Shown here: positions 30,001 through 35,891 of the stretch, one piece after another
Layout: each line of letters starts with the position of its first letter
Position numbering within the stretch: the stretch's first letter is position 1
Origin: a virus
Direction: 5' to 3' (one strand)
DNA length: 64,000 bases
Virus record (IMG/VR): IMGVR_UViG_3300025108_000024
Span: 1 to 64,000 of that record
The notes under the pieces: model-generated
The model's database searches: none
What the model was told of the DNA's origin: nothing
The model's input: only the letters and a program-made list of their open reading frames with translations
Made by a program: the position numbers and the translations under genes

Positions 30001-30194
30001 GCTTTATTAGTAACAGGTGATCCCATATAAGGAGCAATCGTTGTTACCATATCAAGATATTCATCATCAACTGACATCAAGTAATCAGGATCATAACCTA
30101 ATTCTAATATATCTGCTGGCTCCATTGAGGCAGAGTTGTCTACTATATTGTTAGATGTAGGTTCACTTAATGGGCTATCAAAGTTGTTCTCCAT
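15030..30194 (-). CDS. Giant virion-packaged DNA-dependent RNA polymerase (crAss-like), multi-domain
   Basis: Two-barrel catalytic motif VRIPSQ...SGADFDIDK (DFDID at 18741-18755); HEAFH zincin motif at 23811-23825; 5054 aa uninterrupted. Confidence 0.92.
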   Translation of the reverse strand: MENNFDSPLSEPTSNNIVDNSASMEPADILELGYDPDYLMSVDDEYLDMVTTIAPYMGSPVTNKATSQTQTAIDPDDWFAANKVFDKPTQRDVKPREAFSIRNTNFDHFYAHPQYHRLGFSPTRNNEEFYNENSDWVDNFSRSMGQFGKNFAPGFSFFGLSDALFDNNNQGVFDLFDSDPDTEAAVDMAEAMRIGNDSSEGFGGAFNRFALNSAYSISIMSSIAAEELAMWGATAALTAATPATFGVSGAAAAATGTAAAARSVYNAGRFAKMLRTMRQMGNATSVGRMFNGGYQMVKTLKSAEKARDFWTAFGTGKNVVGRIFLPETMQALRSFDRTKDVANGLGKFGKAAAGFGGFYRDMRMIDLALDESRLEAGFVYNDLVSNGMAIEQFKNGNTDLSEKQLKDIQEQAAAGAFTTLKGNAGLIYLTNRVTFGAMVTPFSRGLRRVLDNNLGAAGKKIMQTKKFVKNGKIQENVVGRKKSLWTKEGWRQRSEVYNFGDYVRFGAQGALRFFAGNISEGVQELYQEAMQVGVVDYYSGLIKDPAANKRYLYNASLDSAIQSQMSAQGFEVFMSGFATGGILGGGNKLIYNVAPDTFNRVFNKEEFAKKREEREKQLDDLVKTINEGLNLQAKKGQSIFDVESLNFIKAKQGAEGMQTANYEGDRLDFKDNQDFLEFNTLVQAINNGMVDTFRDQIKAIVNLDDKALTEAYPHLKKEIKSGKTRKQFNALVEKSYDLEKTYKKERDDNPNPYSVNKYKYGEREYFIELFKQQAWEHATYLKMFTKQSFMDSQKRMQSIFDALTIEDIIYAVGKDGSSKVSKLAASDLTVLLDPQSVRSEIKLLANEIANLEQGEDVELLNKKKKKKELLENYFQVFTDANNQTTTKGSGLKYQMGTQVSKKEGILTQKFDKRKTSKLTKSFTEYIEFLAEDNNIFADKSKINEVVKQIVDYGELQYRTKMYDKAVEVLNNPTVFDELTERTYKFIKDQYLKDKDVNTQRIKLKDAMNQDDVSQVINDLHELGITPDPSEVEDFIATGDIENLQTFNTEYGPLDPMQDPAKFINVARIKNNYIELTNPTAEDAETEEIKDAVEEDAEVKEKAATVINSDNKVNSFAKNILLSRLAVVNGQLVKSGKKRLTLEQWQKTEEAQELASILHDLKALWVQSLDPTQDNLGVTIKSGEGFKEWILENKDDPTVRELVVGMGEPLGLTFELIEGKAATTKNKERKDIVDAKGGLRIRKVVTDVKGQKTTGYVVELADGSPVPENFYEAAGIDPKNIRSSYSTIQEAKNKIFRKLLDTIPDTDTFTFGIGENVKTLRYGDVVTDKDGRRFIVLGTPAKVKEDGTLFILPEDQIDKYRTTKSREKAAKRVSAADFVEYNILEETFSDTLVAKDTPRLTIKNILGIYALGITDKLSTEDAKKALKVILQQLTPEELQEIQLTVTKNNPGDFKKVFKDEISKKENKRIRIVKEDYSFNLNFTNPETRNKINKALEETGFQDVTLNDMAIQLPSGNYRFLDESGNVIENIFSRSNSELKQFFHNPKSALYSLAKQQVLRKRILDKVKLGDSVLLSDVVDGTKFFMKYLYDTENFNVNVSQLTNSTYDGEQVVIDYTYRRDPQTKKRNRVVTIRTNYPVGSDEHKALRNKVQKELSEKTLANGTTLMDYLKKTRKTDRYHSVIKLPNGTIAFAPLKARALTEESQSEILEEIVKQVEKTKEENLEDVDGTVRTKSVSFNDTFNEGETMNSFYIYLKSGYNAELKVNQRGNIEFKIIDTVADKTIHNSFIQLKGDTTFDGIVKLLQKGIKKDGKISKKGLSISKASFRQNIPDTVTPQAILLLTNTNFQEESFNTSYVEYEVSHEDIVNYQEGQRAADTIKAEEDALEESKKKDSKLDQAIDEATPNAAGVNAMSQEEFDELENDDFEEISLDDLKLIAIKVAKGISLSKREAVVKKVKDTTISTLVATLERRTKSSDNNEYEKALEARNAAKEALDNYTNELQSKVDSGEITGVEYIQFTANGKDAEFKKLKKAFTKAERIVNSFAGKIITEGFTNKETESIEMFMDWAKNNLPDFITIKDISEIADRLKVNGVPVGLFVTNLTNLAGGVATGGTIYVGEQGFRYHEAFHSVFRLLLTTEEQNKYLAIAKKEARAKLRSEGKDFTVELSKFRSKAAKYQKMSAAALEREYYEEYMADEFEKFKKNPRSTKTSSTIKSFFNRLLEWIKGVTRRFTKNELNDLFENIDAGKYKGAGIINNNFTTGLSSGVALEAYKMLAYEKVELERGFAEKFVDPDTATKVIRTMGAAYLNKLATTDPKVLKDIKGKSRQEVLIDTIKDFRDLYNPVGEHNADKSGAQIDKLFKLYTALGGIIGESTKETLTQQIEYQQNAVEATMQYISVFDTQILNEQYQNEELEYEEGLRNTSQWDKDQSMIGGFNSLPTAFRSFLGTTQIIEADEFGNTKLLNGQQIYTPVDYISAYNGLLKSVKNTTDASSILRNMVGFSIGNVQTAAVVDKIFNKLGGATFTKEFVMESTNEELIDAVTNKIFFNEINVALENYRVDYLFYHTNLGAKGKKIAIYNAANRDDASNQIDVWKQAHNEKYKKIRDNQFALNEAVDALQALGFNLDTDNITKIKDAVTLAKLSQKLSNDIYDTVGIKFSPAYIQFSIASNLENRDSQLEALILNNKNAEPIEIAQLEEMVVQLKLTQEARRTSAYLFNRKGGIKSRLQKLAKNNALFDETIGQSVFLNPEGNFVYAHQKQTLHLKMISKMNDDSFLSELETANEGYNLENILLESEAFRALSEQDRLQVLRVAGTKSSFMSGSTENALSDEGGLGADKLSKTYGGLKGPEFVATLINTYLSQYQTYKQQNKTVEFVNQEGEVVETALAPVLIRVIEASNTGDLVALPVIKTVEVKEGKVELTSVTTSLFLGEIRREFKRIQREAAKKDEDKAILEGYNSKNGAVQDDYSGRAYKFNDTATLLESQQDAENRVEANDPKFSDDASQRIIDGKQDHVYVSQAQAQAIGLTVENSNARVTVKSKKGEREFQLISLGQISEVNTGNIGSIVASLGSAVLNQQEYESLDKKEQAKYLTKNKVKVGDVSLWVDTAVIAEFLRGGQKTSGRNKSKYGYRLVPVENFTAEEYSGLEFNYKEALETFAIENTDATLEEAIESLSENMSLDMFNKVLNERLMQEFDRFDQTLDNFLVRSMITDDIKNGIENDEGNRQGDAAMEQLNLIRDNERHNLMQIFFNDWLNTKALNQLILGDQAISLKDAVDKVKRAKMQNASHISASSPVFDERLGVNHTNDNISLISFTDPEFDRTYAKGKGERADAQMYITTKALRHMLFGFAQLDARKADLINRIEKGERVNAEELFGKGGYIKEGAVFNSLKLVYGDGQTFLKMSAVVLTPELTTKVDGTPKPQYEKLHNLRLRLEKVEEQGNNTLGIAAPLSASKMMKKNTLSYEEAFSEFNPNDNAVVTTDLKAEFMGLQLVNPSNKVIITDPTQMKSLISSELLDSEEVYVKAFGVETKIPIGKLREQYHRATTNRLNLKYFGKVNLITNFTVEAGMNELNLSKQQGKLTVDLENFLKFASESLKASQASSNVLEYFNPENGYDLNNPMVQKSFQQLFLSYFAKDTMSEKSPGLSLALASDFGVNVVRRVFSVDENGNPDKHEIIREKYYNFLDNPPAIQIRADEDGKLIGLEAALENSGGKGVVVLDQLRHNLKEYDNKGNFTGQRYSEGLAPAHFAEIAEDFDGTNIKMPDVVQKAFAVRIPSQDKHSAYATKFVDFLPAFYGSTAIFSKELIEISGADFDIDKVYTHIKEWYKDGDNNYVEYGDLSRSKTDQFRDYIHYIKEAGIKGKSIYADAFEKAKMNFQDFMLYSEEELNEFKELTGLSEDYLRALKVLNLPTTQKKFDAHVKKKGMPYEAALNNQILDYKFALWSNEGNTISTKDGVNPIAYDPAVLDPLIEVRDYIQTELPELAELFREDGLDVDNLLGKFKAFSNNKEGAASIGAAVLPNLYLNVLGEAKIKMRKVSVKGQVIRQISFNGIDYDNFGEQYERRVIKKKIKGKEVEVEVKGERTQYIISALITAMTDNAKERLAAKLGLNKDALSVVTTLTKLGVPIKTSILLVNNAYIRDEYFQTTIGAGRGIRKRITDIMDSLVKTFEGIESDVTRVTDQILYEQAANPKLSDTPIADLEYNQAVALYSILKQFITAHDLKGFVGNMAGLMNFSKGFGRNFVDFDDRLNDLRDMGIDLSDAEFDAAIYKGAPLPIDIREIVKNKPWQFNLYKVASHFEGRILPNIFLSRTKTFNQILKTVALNLSANPQIFGGEDYQKVSDDLLSYLTIKAYMHKLEKRGQSVALSSLSNAMLYPQAGTSLNIHTLVDELRQEFPNNEFLNEFSFNENARELDNKKGIHSLESNTFGKRSDLDRLRVQTDFMELFSERRTEATHIIHYMMVKDGLQFGAGTLLDAITPQVLDGFTQSTEEVFNMMKNSRKDLFENYFGVNFDQLINEFTIGYLQSSPSARILDEKKNVKLYSQLFEETEALATSVTSKIAANNPEKIYIFSDNQQEIGASGLRGMDNTVGLTLKYDLTTFYDADDLNNFVERFDEQIEEIKNANKKVVFPKVLLTKEEVKNLKKSSREIYNYIDSTLRQEFGYSLENGIMNDKSDPNSASKAAIRTLPVSMDFSGGSKKLIVDIYKGIVRLSPSDKVQTVRKLPDSLSKKNLNSGKKGAKKFTSRDKLMSNEGVLKKAGFVVKTISVKSGSNTKVVELPVILRVTNGDTKRGSRTKKVTRYFKLVQAYGPVRQDQQLVNTSTGITEGNAGIYEEMDMQGSIYQNAIGFMFDSTFFTRPSYNTVKEFVSSLDEEGGFIDNDMIGFSEEVQDVLAEARAKGFEVIYRGNQLFIDLNTFSESNSEELVPIKEVTMQQLEDRDIDISFTESVEETEEVEETEDVDTSNAPVISMGAFADSLFGAEESEESDVSEEYKEITDFWNQNIDLNAEALARLKEQKIVTLEDFIAKRNDPDMNYNSDEEFLDNIKSCII

Positions 30195-30217
30195 GTCTAA
30201 ATATTCTTAAAATTGGT

Positions 30218-33200
30218 TTATTTTTTATTTCTCTTATTGATAAGTGCTTGATTAGATTCAAATGTTTCCATAAGTCTAACGTTTTGCATGAAATCAGCAA
30301 CTTGCTGTATGTCAGCTCTTGTAACAGGTTGACCATATCTATCTCCATATGATTGTGGATAAACAACTTTTCTTGTTCCTAAAGTATTTGTTACAAAACC
30401 ATTTACAGCTTTAGGATCATCAGGAGCATATATCTGTTCTTCTATTGAAGTTACATAACTATCTCCGTCTTTCCAAATCTTAAATGAACCAGCTTCTGGT
30501 ACGTTTCTATAATAAGAACCTGTAAAGTCTATATCTGTATCAACTGAATTATATGTATATTGACTTTGTCCATACCCACTTACATCTTGATCTGAGTTGA
30601 CCAATACTGTTACAGTTGAATATAATTCTTTTTCTTGCTTTCCAATTATACCTGTACCTGGTGCATTATCTCCAACTAACCCTACAGATTTATTCATGGC
30701 TGTTTGATCAAATCTAATCACATAAGCACCTTGGCTTTGATCACCACCTTGAGCACCATATGCATCAATATATGTTACAGTAAACAAACCTTTCTTATCA
30801 TCAGCCGCTATACCTGCACTTAAATCCATCATACTTTGATTGACCATTTTTTGTGCTTTACTACCAGTTGCTTCTATTCTTTCATTTAAATCATCTTGAT
30901 CAACAGTCTTAACATCACCAGCTAAAAACTGAACTCCTCCAGCATTTAATTGACTAATGAAATCACTTAAAACAACTCTCTGTTCTCCCGGCATATTAGC
31001 AAGTGTTTTAGGAGATACTAAACCTGTAGTATATGTATTAGACATAAAAGCAGTTTCATCTGTCATAAGATTAGCTGAACCACCTCTCATCAAAGTATGA
31101 ATACCATATGCTTGATAACCAGGTTCTACATCTTGAGGATTATCTCCTGCTCTTGATTGATCATAATTATAGAATCCATTTAAGGTTCTATTCATTGCAT
31201 TGTATTGTCTTGAGTATGCTTCCTTAGCCGATTCTGTAGCCCACTTTTCATCAAAGTACTGTTTACCAGTAGCATATGCACCACCTCCCATACCTGGACC
31301 ATAATAGATATTAGAATTTGCATACTCCATTCTATAAAAGGTTTCATCTATACGTGTTTTATCTGTAAATTTCTTTTCACGTGCTTTTTCAACTGCTATC
31401 TTTACATATTCATCTTCAGTAAGAACTTTATTATCCTTTATTATACTAGGAGCACCATACTCCTCAATGTCTTCAATAATCTCTGGTACACCTGTTGTAT
31501 TTTTAAAATTTAACAACTTAGAATAATTCTCAGAAGCTCTTTTATTAAATTCCTTTTCTGCATTTACTATTCTACTTGCTAAACCAGATGTAGTATTTAT
31601 TTGATTTTTTATAACTAACGCATCTCTTGTAGATATACCAGGTGCATATTTTTTTCTATCTTCTTCTGTTGCAAAATTGTTTGATATGGTTTCATACTTA
31701 GAATTTAAAAAAGCTTGATTCTCTGGCTTTCTTAATATTTCTCTTGCTTCATTAATAGTATAAGCTTTGTCACCATTTGGACCCGGTATGTTAATTGTTT
31801 CAGGTTTTCCATTCATACCAAGAGATGCTTGATCTTTTTGATGAAAATATAATAAAGTTTCTATTTGATCATTTCTTACTTTATCTTGAGCATCTCCTAA
31901 CTCTGCATTTTTTTGTGCGTAAATATCAGTATCTGCATTTGGATTACCATCTGCATCTGTATTAAATGCTACATTACCTGATAAGCCACCACTAAAATTA
32001 TCTAATGCTTTTTTTATTGCTGGATCAATATAAGCACCAGCTGCCTTTAATTCATTTATTCTATTTAATCTATTCTCCTCTGCTTTAAACGCATTATTCT
32101 GAGCATCTCTAATCATATTAAGTTTATGTCTTTCTATATCTCTTTGAAAGTCATTTACCATAGGAACTCTTTTGGCTCCTTGCATAGAGTAAGATTTAGC
32201 AGCTGCTCTTAAATCATCACTAATATTCCAATTCATTAAAGAACCATAGGCTCTGTTTAAAAGACTTTCTTCATCCGTAGTAAGTTGTCCCATCTTTTCA
32301 ACCAACTCAGAATTAGCAGTAGCTTGTTCTTCTACTTCTTGTCTCTCAGTCATCACATCTAAATAAGAGTCCTTTTCTATTTGTGTTAGATTTTCTTCTC
32401 CTACTTCTTTTATTCTATTTTCATGCTTTTGTCTAAGCTCATCTAATTCTTTACTCTTTCCTTCAAACTGAAGTTGTAGTTCGTTAGCTTTAAAAGTAAT
32501 ATCAGAAATTGTGTTCTCAGCCCAAGCAACTCTACCTTCATTGATTGTAGAATATTGCCCAGCTTCAACTCCTCTTTCTGCATGTCTTCTTGCTTGTACG
32601 TAACTATCTGCAGCATATGCTTGTTGTACTTTACCATTTGTTGCTAAAGCTCTTTTAACTCTATCATATGAAGCATCATATATTAAACTACCATTTGTTT
32701 GTTTAATAATAAACTTCTTGTCTTTTGTAAAATAAAAATCTTCTGCCTCAATACCTGATTCCTTAAGATAATCTAATGCCATATCATACAGGTTGGCATT
32801 AGCTACATACTTAGGCATTGGTTTATTCATAGCTTCCTCTGGGCTTGCATTAATAAAATCATCCATTTGATAATTCATATAATCAATACCTGTCTGCCAA
32901 TATTGTTGACTAGCTTTTAAATTTGGAGCATCCAATAAACTTTGAGCCCTGCCTAATTCTCCTTTATACTTAGCAGTTCTATATATGTCTTGTTGGATTA
33001 GTTTGTTTTCTATAAATGGATTAAACACACCTTTTGCTGCATCTACATTTTTACCTATAGATAAATCCATATCTGCAATTTTATTAATAGAGGGCACAAG
33101 CTTATCAGCAAATTGATCTCTCTGTGCTTTAGTGTCTTCTCTACTCATATCGGCATAAATCACACTGCCATATAAATCATTTAATTGCTTGTAGTTGGTA

Positions 33201-33310
33201 TCATATCTATCCTGTCTTGTACTTAAAACAGCTTGAGCAAACTTAAAGTCTGGTTCAAAAGCTGTGTACTCCGGTGTATATGATTCTATTCCTGGTATAT
33301 AAGTTGCCAT
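30218..33310 (-). CDS. Large virion cargo protein preceding the RNAP
   Basis: 1030 aa, helical; N-terminal YTPEYTAFEPDF..RQDRYD pattern and position fit the first of the three large crAss-like cargo genes. Confidence 0.7.
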   Translation of the reverse strand: MATYIPGIESYTPEYTAFEPDFKFAQAVLSTRQDRYDTNYKQLNDLYGSVIYADMSREDTKAQRDQFADKLVPSINKIADMDLSIGKNVDAAKGVFNPFIENKLIQQDIYRTAKYKGELGRAQSLLDAPNLKASQQYWQTGIDYMNYQMDDFINASPEEAMNKPMPKYVANANLYDMALDYLKESGIEAEDFYFTKDKKFIIKQTNGSLIYDASYDRVKRALATNGKVQQAYAADSYVQARRHAERGVEAGQYSTINEGRVAWAENTISDITFKANELQLQFEGKSKELDELRQKHENRIKEVGEENLTQIEKDSYLDVMTERQEVEEQATANSELVEKMGQLTTDEESLLNRAYGSLMNWNISDDLRAAAKSYSMQGAKRVPMVNDFQRDIERHKLNMIRDAQNNAFKAEENRLNRINELKAAGAYIDPAIKKALDNFSGGLSGNVAFNTDADGNPNADTDIYAQKNAELGDAQDKVRNDQIETLLYFHQKDQASLGMNGKPETINIPGPNGDKAYTINEAREILRKPENQAFLNSKYETISNNFATEEDRKKYAPGISTRDALVIKNQINTTSGLASRIVNAEKEFNKRASENYSKLLNFKNTTGVPEIIEDIEEYGAPSIIKDNKVLTEDEYVKIAVEKAREKKFTDKTRIDETFYRMEYANSNIYYGPGMGGGAYATGKQYFDEKWATESAKEAYSRQYNAMNRTLNGFYNYDQSRAGDNPQDVEPGYQAYGIHTLMRGGSANLMTDETAFMSNTYTTGLVSPKTLANMPGEQRVVLSDFISQLNAGGVQFLAGDVKTVDQDDLNERIEATGSKAQKMVNQSMMDLSAGIAADDKKGLFTVTYIDAYGAQGGDQSQGAYVIRFDQTAMNKSVGLVGDNAPGTGIIGKQEKELYSTVTVLVNSDQDVSGYGQSQYTYNSVDTDIDFTGSYYRNVPEAGSFKIWKDGDSYVTSIEEQIYAPDDPKAVNGFVTNTLGTRKVVYPQSYGDRYGQPVTRADIQQVADFMQNVRLMETFESNQALINKRNKK

Positions 33311-33369
33311 AGGTCTAAATTACTAAAATTTTTTAAGTTTTAAAAGGTTTTTCATTACACTTTTAGGGT

Positions 33370-35889
33370 TTACATTAACGTAGTCCCTGTATAAAATGGC
33401 GTTGCATAAGGCTTTATTTCTTTACCATTTTTCCCTGTGGCACCATTAGCTGCATTAATTGCAGCTATCATCTCTGGAGTAATTCCCATTTGATTTGCTC
33501 TATTGCCACCAGGTACAACAGTACTTTCTGTAGCAACACCACTATCCATATACTTTAATAAGTCTCCCTTAAGACCTGATTCACCAAACTGATTATAAAG
33601 ATCTTGTATGTTTGATAAACGTTGTTGTCTTAAAGCTTCTGCATTTTGCGTTTTAGAACCTTTTATTTTTCTACCATCTGTAAAGTCTATTGCTCCACCT
33701 GCTACTGGATCAATATTAAACTGATCATAAAGACTATTTAGATTGTAAGCACGGTTTGCATTTGTTAATGCATCGGCTTGCCAATTCATAAAGTCATTCA
33801 TGTCTTTATTTTTTTCATTTAATCTTTGTTGTTGTGCTACAACAGTACCATCATATTCAAAGTCTGTTCTCTTTGCATCCTCAAGATTAAAACGTGCATC
33901 TAATTGAGCATTCATTGCTTTACCTTGATTAATTGTACCAATATTAAATTTTTTATTTCTAGCAAATACATTTGCTGCATTCTTCATTCCCATACCAGAT
34001 TGCTTTGCTAAACTAGCATCTAACCCTTGACGTCCCCCAAAAGAACCTAATACATTAGCAGCTATATTATACTTTTCATTAACATCTGCTATTTCTCTTG
34101 TTGGATCATTTAGTACATAATCAACACGTGATCTTTCTAATTTTTTTCTGAATGGTTCAAAGTAATCTCTTTTTCTTAATCCAATAGCAGCTCCTTTATA
34201 AAGGTCTTGTGTATAGAAATCCATTTCAGGTTTTCTAAAGTCTTGTATTTCTTCTGGATCATCTAACTCTTCTACTTTCTTTTTCTCTTCCACTTCCTTT
34301 TCGTAAGGATCTATTTCAAAAGTTCCTGGTAATCTAGATGATGTCCAATCTCCAAGTTTACCATCTACTCCATTAGCTGAACCTTCTCCTCCAGGGAACC
34401 CCATGTTTTTTGTCATGTCAGTTCTCATTGCAAGAAGCTGATCTTCACTCATGGCTTTATAACCCTTTTCTATTCTTTCCTTCTCTATACTTGAAACAAA
34501 CTCCGGTATATATGTATCATTAACATACTGTTGGAATGCTGCAACTTTTGGATTTCTTGCACCTGCAGGATAATCTTTTAATGAATCTACTATTTCTTGT
34601 ATTTTATCTTCTCCGTAAATAGGTCCCCACTTAGCTTGCCATGTTTCCATATTAGCAGAAGCCTTATCATAAAGACCCGTCTCTTTATCTAATCTTTGTC
34701 TACCTGGCATACTAGTAGTACCAAGCCCTGCAAAATCTACATGAATACCTTTTCCATCTAAAAGTTCAAAGTAACTTTGATCAATTGTATTTTTTCTTTT
34801 AGACTTAGGTGTTGATTTTGTAGGCTTTTTGGTTGTCTGTGCAGCAGGTGGATTTTCTTCCTCTTGTGAGCTACCGGATCCAGTAAATTGTTTCTTTATA
34901 CCTGCCAATGTTTGATCTAAACCAGTTTTTCCATTTGCTTGATATGCATCTTTTGCTTGCTGTACCAGTTTGGCTATTGTCTCGTTATTTAATGCAGCGG
35001 GTGTATTTAAAGTTATTAAAGTTTCAAAGTCCTCATCACTCTCCGGATCTCCAGCAATATCAGGTAGACTATCTTGAGCTTTTGGTAACATTTCTGCACC
35101 ATACTTAGCTGTTGGCCCTTGACCACTTCTGCTGATTAAGTCTTGCATAGCTAACATTTGAGCTTGTTGTTCTGGGCTCATACCATCAAACATTCTTTGT
35201 GCTGCTTGCTCTCTTGTTATATTTTCTACCTTTTGTGTAAATTCTATAGGATCTATTCCTTGTGACATAAGATAAGGATGAGCTGTAACAGGAACACCAT
35301 CACTAAACTGTTTCTTAGACTCTTGTCCAAAGGCTAGCTTAGATAAACTCATTTGATTTTTTTCTCTCATAAGTTCAGCACTCTTTAATTTAATGTCATC
35401 AATAAAAGGATCACTCATTGCACCAATGAATTCATTTAATTGAAACTTTTTTGATACATCTGCTGGAGTCATTTTTTTTCTAGATTCTACACCAAACTCT
35501 GCAAGCTCTTGTCTGTTGAACTTCATCTTTTGTGTATCAGAAAAAATAAATGACTGTTCTGGTAAGTACATAGGGACACCGCCACTACTATGTCTTGGAC
35601 CAGTTATATTATAAAGACCAAATTTGCCATCATCACTTAAATCTGTAAGAACTGTTTCACCACCTTCAGCTTCAAGATTTGCCATTTCTCTAGGAACAGA
35701 AGATAATGAATATCTTACACCATCACTATTGGTGCCATTAGAGTTCATACCATATCCTTCTTGAGAAGTAACTAAACCAAAATCAAACTGATCTCCAGTA
35801 GTTAAACCACCGCGTTGTAGTTTTTTTACAACCTTACCATCTTTAAGTTCAAAACCTTTGGGTAAACTATTTATTTTAATCTTTGCCAT
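33370..35889 (-). CDS. Putative virion cargo protein with EAEGGE / GPxHxxGGVP motifs
   Basis: NLEAEGGETV and ITGPRHSSGGVPMYLP motifs typical of Bacteroidota phage internal/tape-measure-associated proteins. Confidence 0.7.
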   Translation of the reverse strand: MAKIKINSLPKGFELKDGKVVKKLQRGGLTTGDQFDFGLVTSQEGYGMNSNGTNSDGVRYSLSSVPREMANLEAEGGETVLTDLSDDGKFGLYNITGPRHSSGGVPMYLPEQSFIFSDTQKMKFNRQELAEFGVESRKKMTPADVSKKFQLNEFIGAMSDPFIDDIKLKSAELMREKNQMSLSKLAFGQESKKQFSDGVPVTAHPYLMSQGIDPIEFTQKVENITREQAAQRMFDGMSPEQQAQMLAMQDLISRSGQGPTAKYGAEMLPKAQDSLPDIAGDPESDEDFETLITLNTPAALNNETIAKLVQQAKDAYQANGKTGLDQTLAGIKKQFTGSGSSQEEENPPAAQTTKKPTKSTPKSKRKNTIDQSYFELLDGKGIHVDFAGLGTTSMPGRQRLDKETGLYDKASANMETWQAKWGPIYGEDKIQEIVDSLKDYPAGARNPKVAAFQQYVNDTYIPEFVSSIEKERIEKGYKAMSEDQLLAMRTDMTKNMGFPGGEGSANGVDGKLGDWTSSRLPGTFEIDPYEKEVEEKKKVEELDDPEEIQDFRKPEMDFYTQDLYKGAAIGLRKRDYFEPFRKKLERSRVDYVLNDPTREIADVNEKYNIAANVLGSFGGRQGLDASLAKQSGMGMKNAANVFARNKKFNIGTINQGKAMNAQLDARFNLEDAKRTDFEYDGTVVAQQQRLNEKNKDMNDFMNWQADALTNANRAYNLNSLYDQFNIDPVAGGAIDFTDGRKIKGSKTQNAEALRQQRLSNIQDLYNQFGESGLKGDLLKYMDSGVATESTVVPGGNRANQMGITPEMIAAINAANGATGKNGKEIKPYATPFYTGTTLM

Positions 35890-35891
35890 AA

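Noticed and set aside
6510-30194. Introns or inteins in nrdA, nrdB or the RNAP
   Set aside because: Nrd proteins are minimal length; no intein C-terminal HN-[CST] with matching N-terminal block or LAGLIDADG motif noticed by eye.
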